This document shows positions 1-10,501 of a stretch of DNA of 64,000 bases, piece by piece. The DNA is from an uncultured Planctomycetaceae bacterium (GTDB lineage Bacteria > Planctomycetota > Planctomycetia > Isosphaerales > Isosphaeraceae): NCBI GenBank assembly GCA_963833985.1, contig CAWIAD010000002.1, positions 3,008,001 to 3,072,000 on the forward strand, in the 5' to 3' direction. The notes below the pieces were generated by a model that did no database searches, had not been told where the DNA came from, and saw nothing but the letters and a program-made list of their open reading frames with translations. Positions within the stretch are counted from its first letter, which is position 1, and each line of letters opens with the position of its first letter. The translations under genes and the position numbers were made by a program.

Positions 1-891
1 CCTGGTCTTGCCGATCAGCTCGCTGCTCCTGGGCATGCGGCCGCGGCCCGCGGGCGTGGAAGGCCGGACGGACCTTCTCGATCTTGACGACCAGCACGGC
101 GTCGACGCCTTCGTCGGCGCGGGCAAAGGCCACTGGCTCTTGCGGTTGCCCGGAAACGAATCGCTCAAGCTGCGGCGCAGCGAGTGGACCCTGATCGATC
201 CCGGCCTGCCGCCTGCGCTGGATGGGCTGACGATCGTGCAGCTCAGCGACCTGCACTTCGCGCCTGTTACCGGCGCACCTATTTCGAGCGCGTGGTGGAC
301 GCCTGCCTGGAGTGGAGGGCCGACCTGGTGCTCGTGACCGGAGACCTGGTCGACGCCGACGAAGCCGTGGCCTGGATCGAACCGGTGCTCGCGCCGCTGG
401 AGGGCCGGCTGGGCAAGTATGCGATCCTCGGGAACCACGACGTCGAGCACGGCCCCCAGCGCGTCATGACGGCGCTGGAGGACGCCGGGTTCAGTTCGCT
501 GGAGGGCCGCTGGTGCGTGCTCGAGCACGCCGGCGCCCGGCTGGCGATCGGCGGAACCTCGGCTCCCTGGGGCCCGGCACTGGCCGCGGATCTCGTCCCC
601 CCGGCCGATTTCCGGATCTTGCTGAGCCATTCGCCGGACCAGTTCTACAAGGCCCGCGACTGGGGCGTGGAGCTGATGCTCTCCGGCCACAACCACGGCG
701 GCCAGATTCGCCTGCCGGCGTTCGGCCCGCTGTTCATGCCCAGCGTCTATTCAAGGCGGTTCGACCGCGGCTTCTTCCGAGCGGGGCAGACGCTCTTGCA
801 TGTCAGCGAGGGCGTCGCCGGCAAGCACCCGTACCGCTACGGCTGCCCGCCCGAAGTGAGCTGCTTCGTGCTCCGGACCACTTCCGTATGA
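1..891 (+). CDS. Calcineurin-like metallophosphoesterase (YkuE-like), 5' end outside window; 1-nt frameshift near 264
   Basis: Motifs QLSDLH (ORF 8..337), then TGDLVD, LGNHD, LLSHSPD, SGHNHGGQ (ORF 184..891); frames join at GCGCC^TGTTAC. Confidence 0.85.
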
Positions 892-964
892 AGGAATTGA
901 TGCTGCCTTCGAGCTTGCTGGTCGCGGCGCGTACGGCTTGCCCATTCGGCGGAAAATCGCATTA

Positions 965-3099
965 CTAAATATAAACGCGCTTGTTGTAGATGTACCACTC
1001 CACCAGCAGGATAGCCAGGGCGGCGCAGGCGAAGTATTTCCACCAGTCCTGCTGCCGCTCCTTGATTTGCTGGGTGGCGGCGACGGTGCTGTAGCCGATC
1101 TTGATCTTGTAGGATTCGGCCAGGTTCTCGGGTGTGCCCTCGGGCACCAGGCCGCGCGGTGCGAGGTCGCTCTCGCGGAAGTCGAAGAGATTGACGGCGA
1201 AGGGAAGCATGCCGGCGGGCTCCCAGCGCGCGTGGTAGAGGCCCGTCGTGGCGGCCTGGTTATACACGAAGGTGCCTTGCGGAGTGTGCGACAGCCGCTC
1301 CCCGGCACCTCCGCCAGGAGGAGCGATCACCAGGTCCTTCCCGAGGGTCTCGGCGCGGAGGATGACAGGGCGGCCGGGGGACCGGGTCTCGTCTCCGGTG
1401 CCTTCGCGGACGTTGCCCAGGGCCTGCATGCTGTTCAGCAGGAACAGCGGAAAGCTGATGAAGCGAAACCAGGTCGTGTTCGCCGTCGTCCCGTCGAGCA
1501 GCGGGAACAGGACCACCACGTCGGTGAAGCCTTCGCGCGGGGCAGTGAACGCCAGGGGTCCCAGGTTGCTCTCGATCAGCGAGGTCGCGCCCGGCGGCAG
1601 CTCGATGATGCTGGCCCTGGCGACGAAGACAAGCGAGAGGTCGCGGACGTACTGCATCAGCGGGTGCGAGATGTTCCAGTCCAGGATGACCGGCTGCTCG
1701 ACCGGCCTGGGGTTCGCGTACGCAGGGCCGGGTGGAAGCGCTCCGAAGTAGAGGGTGTTGGCCTCGGGGGGAGCATCGGGGCGGACGCCGTCGTAGATCA
1801 CCAGGTCGAACCGGCCCCCGCGGATCTCGCGTGCCAGGTCCTCACCTTTGGCTTCCTCGGGCGTGGCGATACGCACGTCTGCGCTGGTGATCGCGGTGGG
1901 CGTGTTGAAGGCGTCGCTCAGGTAGCGGTTGCCCGCGGTGATTGCCAGCACCTGGGCCTTGCGGGCGTTGCCCACAATCGCGAAGGCACGGTTGTCCACT
2001 TCCAGGGCGTCCTTGATCGTGAGTTTCACCTCGAGCTCGGCCAGTCCCGTGTCGGGGATGTCGAACTTGAAGGACTGGTCGCTCTGGGGCGGTAGCTGGA
2101 GAGCGATCGCGTCAATCAGTTCGCCCTCGGCCGCGGGATTGTCGGCGGAGTGGCGGATGAGCTGTGCCTCGGTGTCCACACGCTCGCCGCGGAAGTTGTG
2201 CACCCGTCCGAAAAGCTGGTAGATATCGGGCCGCTCGTCGCCGGTCCGAGCCTGGAGCGCGACGATCGCCACGTTGTCGGACGGGTTCTGCGCCCTGGCT
2301 TTCGCACCAGGTGCATCGGCGGCCTCGGCCGTCCCAGGCGCCCTGTAGGGCGGAGCCGGCGGGCCGATCACCACGACCTCGGGTTCCAGGTTCCCCAGGC
2401 TGAATCCCTCCACATCCGGGAATCCGCCGTCGGTGTAGACGTAGAGCTTGGGCGTGGCGGGGGCAAGGGTGGCGACAACGCCCTCGCCGAGCTGTCGGGA
2501 CGGGTTGGCCAGGCCGGCGGCCACCTGGAGCGCCTCGCGGAGCGACGTGGTCGCCTGGCTTGCGGGGATGGCGTCGATGCGCTGGAGCAAGGAACGCTTG
2601 TCACTGGTGTAGTTCGACACCACCCGGGCGGACTCGCCGAAGGAGATGACCATCGCCAGGTCGTCCCCCTCCATCGCCTGCACCACCTTGCGCGCCTTCT
2701 CCCTGGCGTTCTCCAGCCGGCTGGGCGGCACGTCAGTGGCGGACATGCTGGCCGAGTTATCGATCATGAGCACGTAGCGCTGGCCGGGCCCGCTGGTTCC
2801 CCGGCTGCGCAGTCCGGCCAGCGCCAGCATTGCCAGCGCCACGGCGAGAAGTTGAAGGAAGAGCAGCAAATTGCGTCGCAGCCGCTGAAAGAGGCTGTTG
2901 ACATGCAGGTCCTCGAGGCTCTTGCACAGAGCAGCGTGCTGGGGACATTGACCGGCCTGCGCTTCAGCTTCAGAAAGTAGAGTGCGATGATCCCCACCGG
3001 CACTCCGGCGAGGACCGCCCACCGCGCCGCGGACAGGGGAGAGATCAGATCGAGCGAGCCGCCAATCGCGTTCAGGCGGCCGAACAGGTTCCAGAACAT
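965..3099 (-). CDS. BatA-N/vWA-domain membrane protein of the MoxR operon; frameshift near 2926
   Basis: N-terminal 'PVGIIALYFLKLKRRPVNVPSTLL' (ORF 2764..3099) continues as 'KSLEDLHVNSLFQRLRRNLLLFLQLL'; MIDAS DNSASM; C-terminal 'LLVEWYIYNKRVYI'. Confidence 0.85.
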
Positions 3100-3263
3100 G
3101 CCGGGTCAACCTCCGCTTCCTGACTCAGAGCCTCCCGCTCGCGGCCGGCAAGCTGCGAGCGCTCGCCCTTGCGCCTGCTGAGCATCATGTAAAGCACATA
3201 AGCCACGACGGCGCCCGCGATGCCGTAAAAGATCCAGGGGCTCGTGATCCACCAGCCGTTCAT
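3072..3263 (-). CDS. Small single-TM hypothetical protein
   Basis: ATG overlaps the DUF58 stop (ATGA); hydrophobic 'WIFYGIAGAVVAYVLYMML' followed by basic residues. Confidence 0.5.
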   Translation of the reverse strand: MNGWWITSPWIFYGIAGAVVAYVLYMMLSRRKGERSQLAGREREALSQEAEVDPACSGTCSAA

Positions 3264-4219
3264 TTCACGAGCCCCCGCTCCCGCAGGTAATTGAGGATGA
3301 GCTTGTCGAAGGGATACTGGTTGGTAGTAAAGATATAAGTAATTCCACGCCTGGTGCACCACTCCTTGAGCCCGCCGACGAACGCGTTCAGGTTGTCCTT
3401 GTACTTCTTGAGCAAGGGCGCGCTCATGGTGATCTCGGCCACGTCGTCGTCCTCGACGTCGACGAGCCTCAGGTCCCCCACCAGCTCCGGCTCGACCTCC
3501 TCCTGGCTCAGGAGGTGGATCACGTAGATGTCCATGTTCCGTGCCAGCAGGTAACGCAGCGCGTCTTCATATCCATGCTTGTCAAGAAAATCAGAGATGA
3601 CGACGACAACCCCCTTGCCGGCGTGCCGGATGGCGAACTCGCGGGCGGCGGCCTTGAGGTCGCTCTCTCCGGAGGCCGCCAGGTTCTCGAGATAACTGAT
3701 CACCCGCCACATCTGCGACCGGCCGCGGACGCTGGGAATGCCCTGGTCCAGCCGGGTCGCGAATGTGTCCATGATCACCCGGTCGTGGTTGCACAAGCCC
3801 ACGAACGCCAGGGCGGCCGCCACCTGCTTGCCGTAACGCAGCTTGCTCGGCGTGCCGAAGTTCATGGACAGGCTGGTGTCCAGAAGCGTGTACACATGCA
3901 GGTCTTCTTCCTCGAGAAAGAGCTTGAGGAAGAGCTTGTCGAGACGGCCGTAGACGTTCCAGTCAATATGCCGGAGGTCGTCACCCACCGTGTAGTTGCG
4001 ATGCTCGGCGAACTCAACCGACGAGCCCCTCCTGCGGCTCTTGCGCTCACCCTTCATGCGGCCCATGATGATCTTGCGGCTGACCAGCTCGAGCTGCTCC
4101 AGCCTGTGCAGGAAGTCGGGGTCCAGCAGCGGGCCGGCACCCGAACCCGCGCCGTTTCGAGGCGCGGGACGCTCCGTCGGGTTCCTCGCGGTCGGGGTAG
4201 GCTGCGCGGTTTCAGACAT
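3260..4219 (-). CDS. DUF58 domain protein (MoxR partner)
   Basis: 'GSSVEFAEHRNYTVGDDLRHIDWNVYGR', DTSLSM, 'VVISDF'. Confidence 0.92.
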   Translation of the reverse strand: MSETAQPTPTARNPTERPAPRNGAGSGAGPLLDPDFLHRLEQLELVSRKIIMGRMKGERKSRRRGSSVEFAEHRNYTVGDDLRHIDWNVYGRLDKLFLKLFLEEEDLHVYTLLDTSLSMNFGTPSKLRYGKQVAAALAFVGLCNHDRVIMDTFATRLDQGIPSVRGRSQMWRVISYLENLAASGESDLKAAAREFAIRHAGKGVVVVISDFLDKHGYEDALRYLLARNMDIYVIHLLSQEEVEPELVGDLRLVDVEDDDVAEITMSAPLLKKYKDNLNAFVGGLKEWCTRRGITYIFTTNQYPFDKLILNYLRERGLVK

Positions 4220-4275
4220 TGGCAAGCCTCGGTGCGGGGCAGGGGCTCAAGAAAAACACCACCCTCGGTGGGTTT

Positions 4276-4641
4276 TCACACCAGGTGGTCCGAGATCCAG
4301 AACAGGCACAGCAGAAGCGCCACGGCGAAGCCCAGGCCGACCAGCCAGGGGACGATCGCGGCCAGGAAGATCGTCCAGCGGAATTTCAGGCTGACCGGCG
4401 GGCAGCGGTGCAGGAATCCGAGTGCCGTGAACCAGCTCTCCAGGATCACCAGCGTACCCGCGCAGGCCGAGATCAGGGCCAGGATCGGCTCGTTCCGCCA
4501 GGCGAGCAGCGCGATGGTCATGAGGCCCGCGCAGAGCGCGGCCAGGCAGAGCACGTCACCCCTGGAGAAGACGAGCGGCTCGCTGCGGGTCGGCTCCCAG
4601 TCCACTTCTGGGACGGGAGGAGGGTCGTAGATGTCGTGCAT
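4276..4641 (-). CDS. Hypothetical membrane protein (about 3 TM)
   Basis: Three hydrophobic segments; lies within the operon. Confidence 0.7.
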   Translation of the reverse strand: MHDIYDPPPVPEVDWEPTRSEPLVFSRGDVLCLAALCAGLMTIALLAWRNEPILALISACAGTLVILESWFTALGFLHRCPPVSLKFRWTIFLAAIVPWLVGLGFAVALLLCLFWISDHLV

Positions 4642-4685
4642 GGGGTGGTTCCGCCTGGTGGTGTCGCGCTCTGGATCAACGGCGT

Positions 4686-5714
4686 CTAGGCCACGGCCGC
4701 AACCCGCGCCTCGGCTTTCTCGGGAACGGATTCCAGGACCTTCAGCAGCACCTCGTCCGGATCAACGCCTTCGGCCTGGGCCTCGAAGTTGAGCAGCACG
4801 CGGTGCCGCAACCCCGGCAGGTAGACGCGCCGCAGGTCCTCGAACGACACGTTGTAGCGGCCGTCGAGCAGGGCCCGCACCTTGGCCGCGAGCACCAGGG
4901 TCTGCACCCCGCGGGGACTTGACCCCCAGCGGATGTACTGGTTCGTCACGTCGGCAGCGAACGGTCCGCGGGGATGCGTGGCCAGGGCAAGGCGGATGGC
5001 ATAGTCCTGCACGTGCGGTGCGATGATCACCTCGCGCACCAGGTTCTGGAAGCGGATCAAAGTCTCTCCGTCCATCGATTTCTCGGCCCGGGGAGACTCG
5101 CCGCGCGTGGTGCGGTCCAGAATCGTCACCAGCTCGTCCCGGGTCGAGTAACCCACGATCAGCTTGAACAGGAACCGGTCGAGCTGGGCTTCGGGCAGGG
5201 GATACGTTCCTTCCTGCTCGATCGGGTTCTGGGTCGCCATCACGAAGAACGGCTCCTTGAGCCGGTGCATGTGGCCGCCGATGGTGACCGAGTGCTCCTG
5301 CATGGCCTCGAGCAGGGCCGACTGGGTCTTGGGCGTCGCCCGGTTGATCTCGTCGGCCAGGACGATCTGACTGAAGACCGGCCCGGGCTGGAACTCGAAG
5401 AGCCGGCGGCCGTCGGGCGCCTCCATCACGATGTTCGTACCGATGATGTCCGCGGGCATCAGGTCGGGGGTGAACTGGATGCGATTGAAATCGAGGCTGA
5501 GCGCATCGGCGAGGGTGCGCACCAGCAGCGTCTTGCCCAGGCCCGGCACGCCTTCCAGCAGGGCATGCCCGCCGATGAAGAGGCAGGTGAGGACTCCGTG
5601 GACGATCTCATCATGGCCCACGATCACCTTGGAGATCTCGTCCTTCACCTGGTTGTACCGGGTCCGGAACTCGTCGGTGCGGGCTTCCATCGACTCTGAC
5701 GACGCGAGGGACAT
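4686..5714 (-). CDS. moxR: MoxR-family AAA+ ATPase
   Basis: Walker A GVPGLGKT, RIQFTPDLMPADI, LADEINR, ATQNPIEQEGTYPLPEAQLDRF. Confidence 0.95.
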   Translation of the reverse strand: MSLASSESMEARTDEFRTRYNQVKDEISKVIVGHDEIVHGVLTCLFIGGHALLEGVPGLGKTLLVRTLADALSLDFNRIQFTPDLMPADIIGTNIVMEAPDGRRLFEFQPGPVFSQIVLADEINRATPKTQSALLEAMQEHSVTIGGHMHRLKEPFFVMATQNPIEQEGTYPLPEAQLDRFLFKLIVGYSTRDELVTILDRTTRGESPRAEKSMDGETLIRFQNLVREVIIAPHVQDYAIRLALATHPRGPFAADVTNQYIRWGSSPRGVQTLVLAAKVRALLDGRYNVSFEDLRRVYLPGLRHRVLLNFEAQAEGVDPDEVLLKVLESVPEKAEARVAAVA

Positions 5715-5793
5715 CGGCGGCGATCCTTTCTTGTCTGGTCTGCGAGGCTGGTGATGTTCGTCATGTCTCGAGCGGCTTCTTGCTGGCCGGGGG

Positions 5794-5839
5794 CCGGCCC
5801 CGGCTCACGTCCCGGCCCCGGCTCACGTCCCGGCCCCGG
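5794..5839. repeat. 18-bp tandem repeat (CCGGCCCCGGCTCACGTC x2.5) spanning the stop codon of the large vWA gene
   Basis: Units at 5794-5811, 5812-5829 and a partial unit at 5830-5839. Confidence 0.85.
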
Positions 5840-8800
5840 GATCGCGCTTGTCCTTGTCTTTCTCTTTCTCGCGGTCTTCCCAGACGCGCTGCTTGGCCTT
5901 GAGCAGGCGGTTGGTGTAGCTGGCCTCTTCGGCCCTGGGGGCATCCGGAGCCAGCCCGCCGCCGGGGCCTGGTCCCGCTGCCGGGCGCAAGGTCTCGCGC
6001 TCCTCGCGCGCGAGCCGCCGAGCACCGCGGCGCCGCTGGCCGCGGCCTCGCGGCCGGGCGCATCCGCGGCCGGGGTATCAAACCGCGAAGCGAACCGCGA
6101 GCGATCGAGCTGCTCGCCGACCTCGGCCTTGCGCGTGCGCAGCTTGTCGAGGTAGTCGCTGCTCTTCTCGAGGTTGTGGCCGCGCAGCCGGTTCCACTCG
6201 TTGGCCAGGGCAAGCTTCACCCGGTCCATATCCGGAGCGATCCGGCGGACGGCGACGTCGCCCAGGAACAGGCAGGCCGCCAGCCAGAGCAAGGTCGGCC
6301 AGAGCGCCGCGAACGAGCGGGGGATGACAAGACCAGGGTCGCGGCGGAAGTGGTCCACTGCACCGAGTGTCCGCGGCAGGTCGATGCGGCCGTCGGTGCT
6401 GGCCTTCCAGGAGGTCACCTGGCCGTCGGTGAGGCTCGCCAGTGTTTCCAGCGTGGTCGGGTTCGACGCAGCTCGCGGTACTCGTCGGAATAGGGGACCG
6501 AGACGCCCGAGGAGATGACTCCCTGGGTCTTGTCGGGGCCGCGGTATCCCAGGTTCACGAAGTAGTTGCCGCTCGCCTCGGCATTCTCGATCGTGGCCTC
6601 GTACCGGCCCGGCGAGGTCTGGACCAGCTCCACAGTGTGCGACTTGAGCTCGGGATCGACCATGTTGCCCTGGATCTGCAAGAAGTTGAGGAACTGGTTC
6701 TCCTTGTCCAGCGCGTCGACCACCACCTTGATCCGCCCTTCCTCCCGGCGCAACGAGAGCGTGAGGTTGCCGCGGTCGGCGGGCCGCATGCTCCAGCGCA
6801 CCACCTGCGACCAGAAGGCCGCGTAGGTGGGCCAGTCCGGCCAGGCCTTGGCCCAGCGCCGGCCGGCGTCCGAAGTGAAGGCGACCGCGCGGCCCAGCCC
6901 GTAGCTCCAGTGCGCCAGTACCGGGTTGACCTGCCCGGTGGGTTGGGGCGAGACGATCGGGATCTCCACCAGCTCGTTCTCCTTGGGCGAGGTCAGCACC
7001 AGACCGGTGATCGGCGGCAGGTCGTCACTGAGGCGCATCACCGGCTCGGTCAGCGGGCTGTTCAGCCGCGGCGCCCAGGGGGTCTGTTGCTCGTAGATGA
7101 GCGGGCGGGAAATCGTTCGTGCTTCCTTCTGGTAGATGCGAGGCAAGGCGCGCGGGTTGGTGACGTTGTAGAAGCGTCCCTTGGTCCTTTGCGCCAGGTT
7201 GCGCATCACATTCGTGGCGTTACTGTCTGCTCCGTGGGCGGCCGTGAGCACCGTGGTGACGGTGACGCGGCTGGCGACGAGCTGGTTGATCACGCTGCTG
7301 GTCGGCGGCGTGGGGTCGCCGTCGCTGATGACGACGATGTGCTTCGTCATCGCATCGCGCACGCCGTTGAGCCCCTTCATGGCCATGATCAGCGAGGGGT
7401 CGAAATCGGGCATGTCGCCGGGCGTCATCCGGTCAATCGCCTTGAGCATCGTCCCCCGGCCCGTGCCGATCGGCCGCAGCGTGAACAGCCAGGCTTCCTG
7501 GCCCTCCCAGTGGATCATCCCCGTGTAGTCGTAGCTGGAAAGCGCATTGATGGCCGCCTTGGCCACCACCTTCTGCCAGTAGTTGCCCTCGGCGATCTCG
7601 CTGGCGTGCATGATCAGCACCATGGCGCCGATGCCCTGCACCTTGAGCGCCTTGATCTGCATGTCCACCGGCAGGGCTTTCTCGACCGGAGTGTTCATCC
7701 ACCCCCCGGCGCCAAAGCTGTCGCGGCCGCCGAGCATCAGCAGCCCCGCGCCCATGTCATGACAGTTCGAGGCCAGGAGCTGGTGCTGAGACTCGGTGAA
7801 CGCTTCCTTGGGGACGTTCGCCAGGATCACCGCATCGTAGGGTTGAAGCTGCCCAGGTCGGTCGGCAAGAGGTCGCCGCCGACCCCGCCCGAGCCGTCGA
7901 TCCGGGGCGCCACCAGCGGCTTGACCTCGATCTCCTTCTCGCGCAGGGCCTTGATCAACTCGACGTGCTCTCCGGCGGTCCCCTCGATCAACAGCACCTG
8001 CGCCTTGCCGCGAGCGTGGGTGAAGCCCTCCGCAACGTTGTTGATCGACCGCTTGTCGCCGCTGTCCTGTTCGGGGATGAACTCGGCTGTGAAGGTGTAG
8101 AAGTTCGGCTCGGTGATGAGCTGCTGGAGCGTGAAGACATTGATGCCGCGCTGTAGCTCCACGGGCACGGGCTTCTCGTTGCCGGACGCGGGGGCACGGT
8201 AGTTGTCGGCTTTCTGGAAAACTTGCAACGTGCCGCGGGTGGGCTCGCTGGCGCGGATGACCACGTTGATGTTGACCGTCTCACCCTTCTTCACGTCGGG
8301 CGGAATCGAGACCTTCTCCACCAGGACCTCACGGTCGTAGCGGTAGTCGATCGGTACGACGTCGACCTGGACGCCCAGCGCCTTGGCCGCCATGGCTTGC
8401 TCGAGCAGGTTGCCCCGGTTCTCGTTCCCGTCAGAGATCATCACGACCCGCCGCGCCGTGTCTTCGGGAAAGGCGGCCAGTGCGAGCTTGAGCGCAGCGC
8501 CGGGATCGGTGTTCTCGGGGTCGATCGTGCTCTCGATGCCCATCGGCAGGTTGAGCTCGCTGGGAGCGGGCGGGACCTCGACGCGGGGCGACTTGCCGAA
8601 GACGATCATGCCGGCCATGTCGTCGCGGCGGCGCTTCCGAGACGCGCCCCGGACGTAGTCGATGGCCCCCATCTGCTGCTCGCGGGGCATGCTGTTCGAC
8701 GCGTCGACAACGAAGAGCGTGGTCAGCCGGTCCGACCGGCGCACGCTCTGTGTTTCCGCCAGCGCCAGCACGATGAGCGTGATCACGGCGGCCCGGAAGA

Positions 8801-8936
8801 GGATGGACAGGGCCCGCCGCGCCCGGCCCAGCCCCGCCAGGCTGCGGAAGCTCACCCAGACCAGGGGAGGCAGGATGAGCGGAAGCAGGATCAGCCACCA
8901 GGGCTGGCCGAACGCGATCGACAGGTTTCCGACCAT
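5823..8936 (-). CDS. Large membrane protein with two vWA domains and a glutamine-amidotransferase-like domain; three 1-nt frameshifts (~7852, ~6468, ~6010)
   Basis: ORFs 7827..8936 (DASNSM, ISDGNEN), 6415..7830 (GLLMLGGRDSFGAGGW, ISDGD, YGLGRAVAFTSD) and 5645..6418 join in series; true C-terminus reads EEASYTNRLLKAKQRVWEDREKEKDKDKRDPGAGT* ending at 5823. Confidence 0.85.
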
Positions 8937-8993
8937 CGCCCTTTGATCCTCCAGGAAGCCTCGTTGCTCCGCGAATCCGCTGCCGCCTGGCCG

Positions 8994-10025
8994 CTAGAGC
9001 CGGAACCGCTGGACACGGTGGTTGTTCGAGTCGATCACCGAGACCTCACCCAGATGGTCCACGGCCAGGGCCCAGGGATTGAACAGCTCGCCCGGCCCGC
9101 GCCCCGACCGGCCCCACGTCCCCAGGGGCAGACCGTCGCGTGTGAATTTCTGGACGCGGTGATTGCCGTACTCGCAGACGTAGAGGTTGTGGTCCGGCCC
9201 CAGCGCCAGGTCGTACGGATAGCTGAGCTGGCCGGGCTCGGTTCCCCGCGTGCCCCACATCCGTAGCAGTTTTCCATCCGTGTCGAACACCTGGATGCGG
9301 TGGTTGCAGCTATCAGCCACATAGAGCCGGTCGTTCTCGTCGATGGCCAGCGCCCGCGGCCGCAGGAACTCGCCCGGCTCGTAACCATGGCCGCCCCACT
9401 CGCGCAGCCACTTGCCTTCCGGCGAGAAGACCTGAATGCGATCGTTCTCACCATACTCGGCGACGTAAAACCGGCCGGCACTGTCGAGGACGACGTCCGT
9501 CGGGTAACCGAACCGGCCCGGCGTGGTACCCTGGATCCCGTCGCCGATCTGGAACAGCATCGACCCCTCCCGCGAGTACACCAGCACCCGGTAGAAGTGG
9601 GTGTCCGCCACCAGCAAGCGGCCATGGCGATCGATGGAGAGCCCGCTCGGGCCGTCGACGTTAAAATCGGGCGTGCGCCAGCCCCGCAGGTACTGCCCGT
9701 CGCGGTCGAAGACCTGGATCCGGTCCGTCAGGTCGGCGATGTAGAGCTGGTCCTCGGCGTCAAACGCGGCGACCCGCGGCTTGTGCAGCCAGCCGGGATG
9801 CGTGCCGTGGATGCCCCAGACGAGGTCAGGCACCGAATGCTCCTTGAGGTCGCAGCCCGCCTGCAAGCAGGCCAGCACAACCAGGCACCAGGCAGGCACC
9901 AAACGGGAGAGAGGACGCTGCACCGGAAGACACCCCGCACGAGCACCAGGTCGGACCACGGCAAGGCCTTGGGCAAGGCCGACACGAATTCCTAAAATGT
10001 ACAGTTGTGGCAGCCTCGGACGCAA
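8994..10025 (-). CDS. NHL-repeat beta-propeller protein, probable lipoprotein (real start probably ~9902)
   Basis: Repeated 'YVAD..NHRIQVF..DG' units; lipobox-like LQAGC. Confidence 0.88.
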   Translation of the reverse strand: MRPRLPQLYILGIRVGLAQGLAVVRPGARAGCLPVQRPLSRLVPAWCLVVLACLQAGCDLKEHSVPDLVWGIHGTHPGWLHKPRVAAFDAEDQLYIADLTDRIQVFDRDGQYLRGWRTPDFNVDGPSGLSIDRHGRLLVADTHFYRVLVYSREGSMLFQIGDGIQGTTPGRFGYPTDVVLDSAGRFYVAEYGENDRIQVFSPEGKWLREWGGHGYEPGEFLRPRALAIDENDRLYVADSCNHRIQVFDTDGKLLRMWGTRGTEPGQLSYPYDLALGPDHNLYVCEYGNHRVQKFTRDGLPLGTWGRSGRGPGELFNPWALAVDHLGEVSVIDSNNHRVQRFRL

Positions 10026-10075
10026 GTCCTAGGCTCGCTGATTTCCGACCGGGATCGATTGGATGAGGGCACGGT

Positions 10076-10381
10076 ATGGCCGAATGGGTCAAAATGTGCC
10101 GGCTTGACGAGTTGCCCGCTGGGCGCGGCCTCGCCCGCGAGGTGCTTGGCCTGCGTGTGGCCCTCTTCCGGGAGGGGAACACCGCCGCAGCGCTCGGGGA
10201 CCGCTGCCCGCACGCTGGCGGGTCGCTGGGTCAGGGCTGGATCGCCGAGGGCGAGGTGGTCTGCCCCTTGCACCGCTGGCAATTCCGACTCCGCGACGGC
10301 CGGTGCACCACCATCCCTGGAGAACGGGTGCACCGCTTTCCCGTGCAGGTCCGCGACGGGGATGTCTGGGTTCTGGTGTGA
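10076..10381 (+). CDS. Rieske [2Fe-2S] ferredoxin (NirD-like)
   Basis: CPH...CPLH ligand motifs. Confidence 0.92.
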   Translation: MAEWVKMCRLDELPAGRGLAREVLGLRVALFREGNTAAALGDRCPHAGGSLGQGWIAEGEVVCPLHRWQFRLRDGRCTTIPGERVHRFPVQVRDGDVWVLV

Positions 10382-10501
10382 ACCCGTTGCGTTCGCGCAC
10401 GCCTTGATTGCGCTCACGTCATCCCACGCCCGAGGGGATGCCAGTGACACGCCCTGCCGCCCGAAGGCGGTCGGTCCGCTGAGCGCCCACGGCAGTGGCG
10501 T

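Noticed and set aside
5823..8936. Programmed frameshifting or a split multi-gene arrangement in the vWA gene
   Set aside because: No slippery heptamers seen; the same kind of indel recurs in unrelated genes, so sequencing error is more parsimonious.
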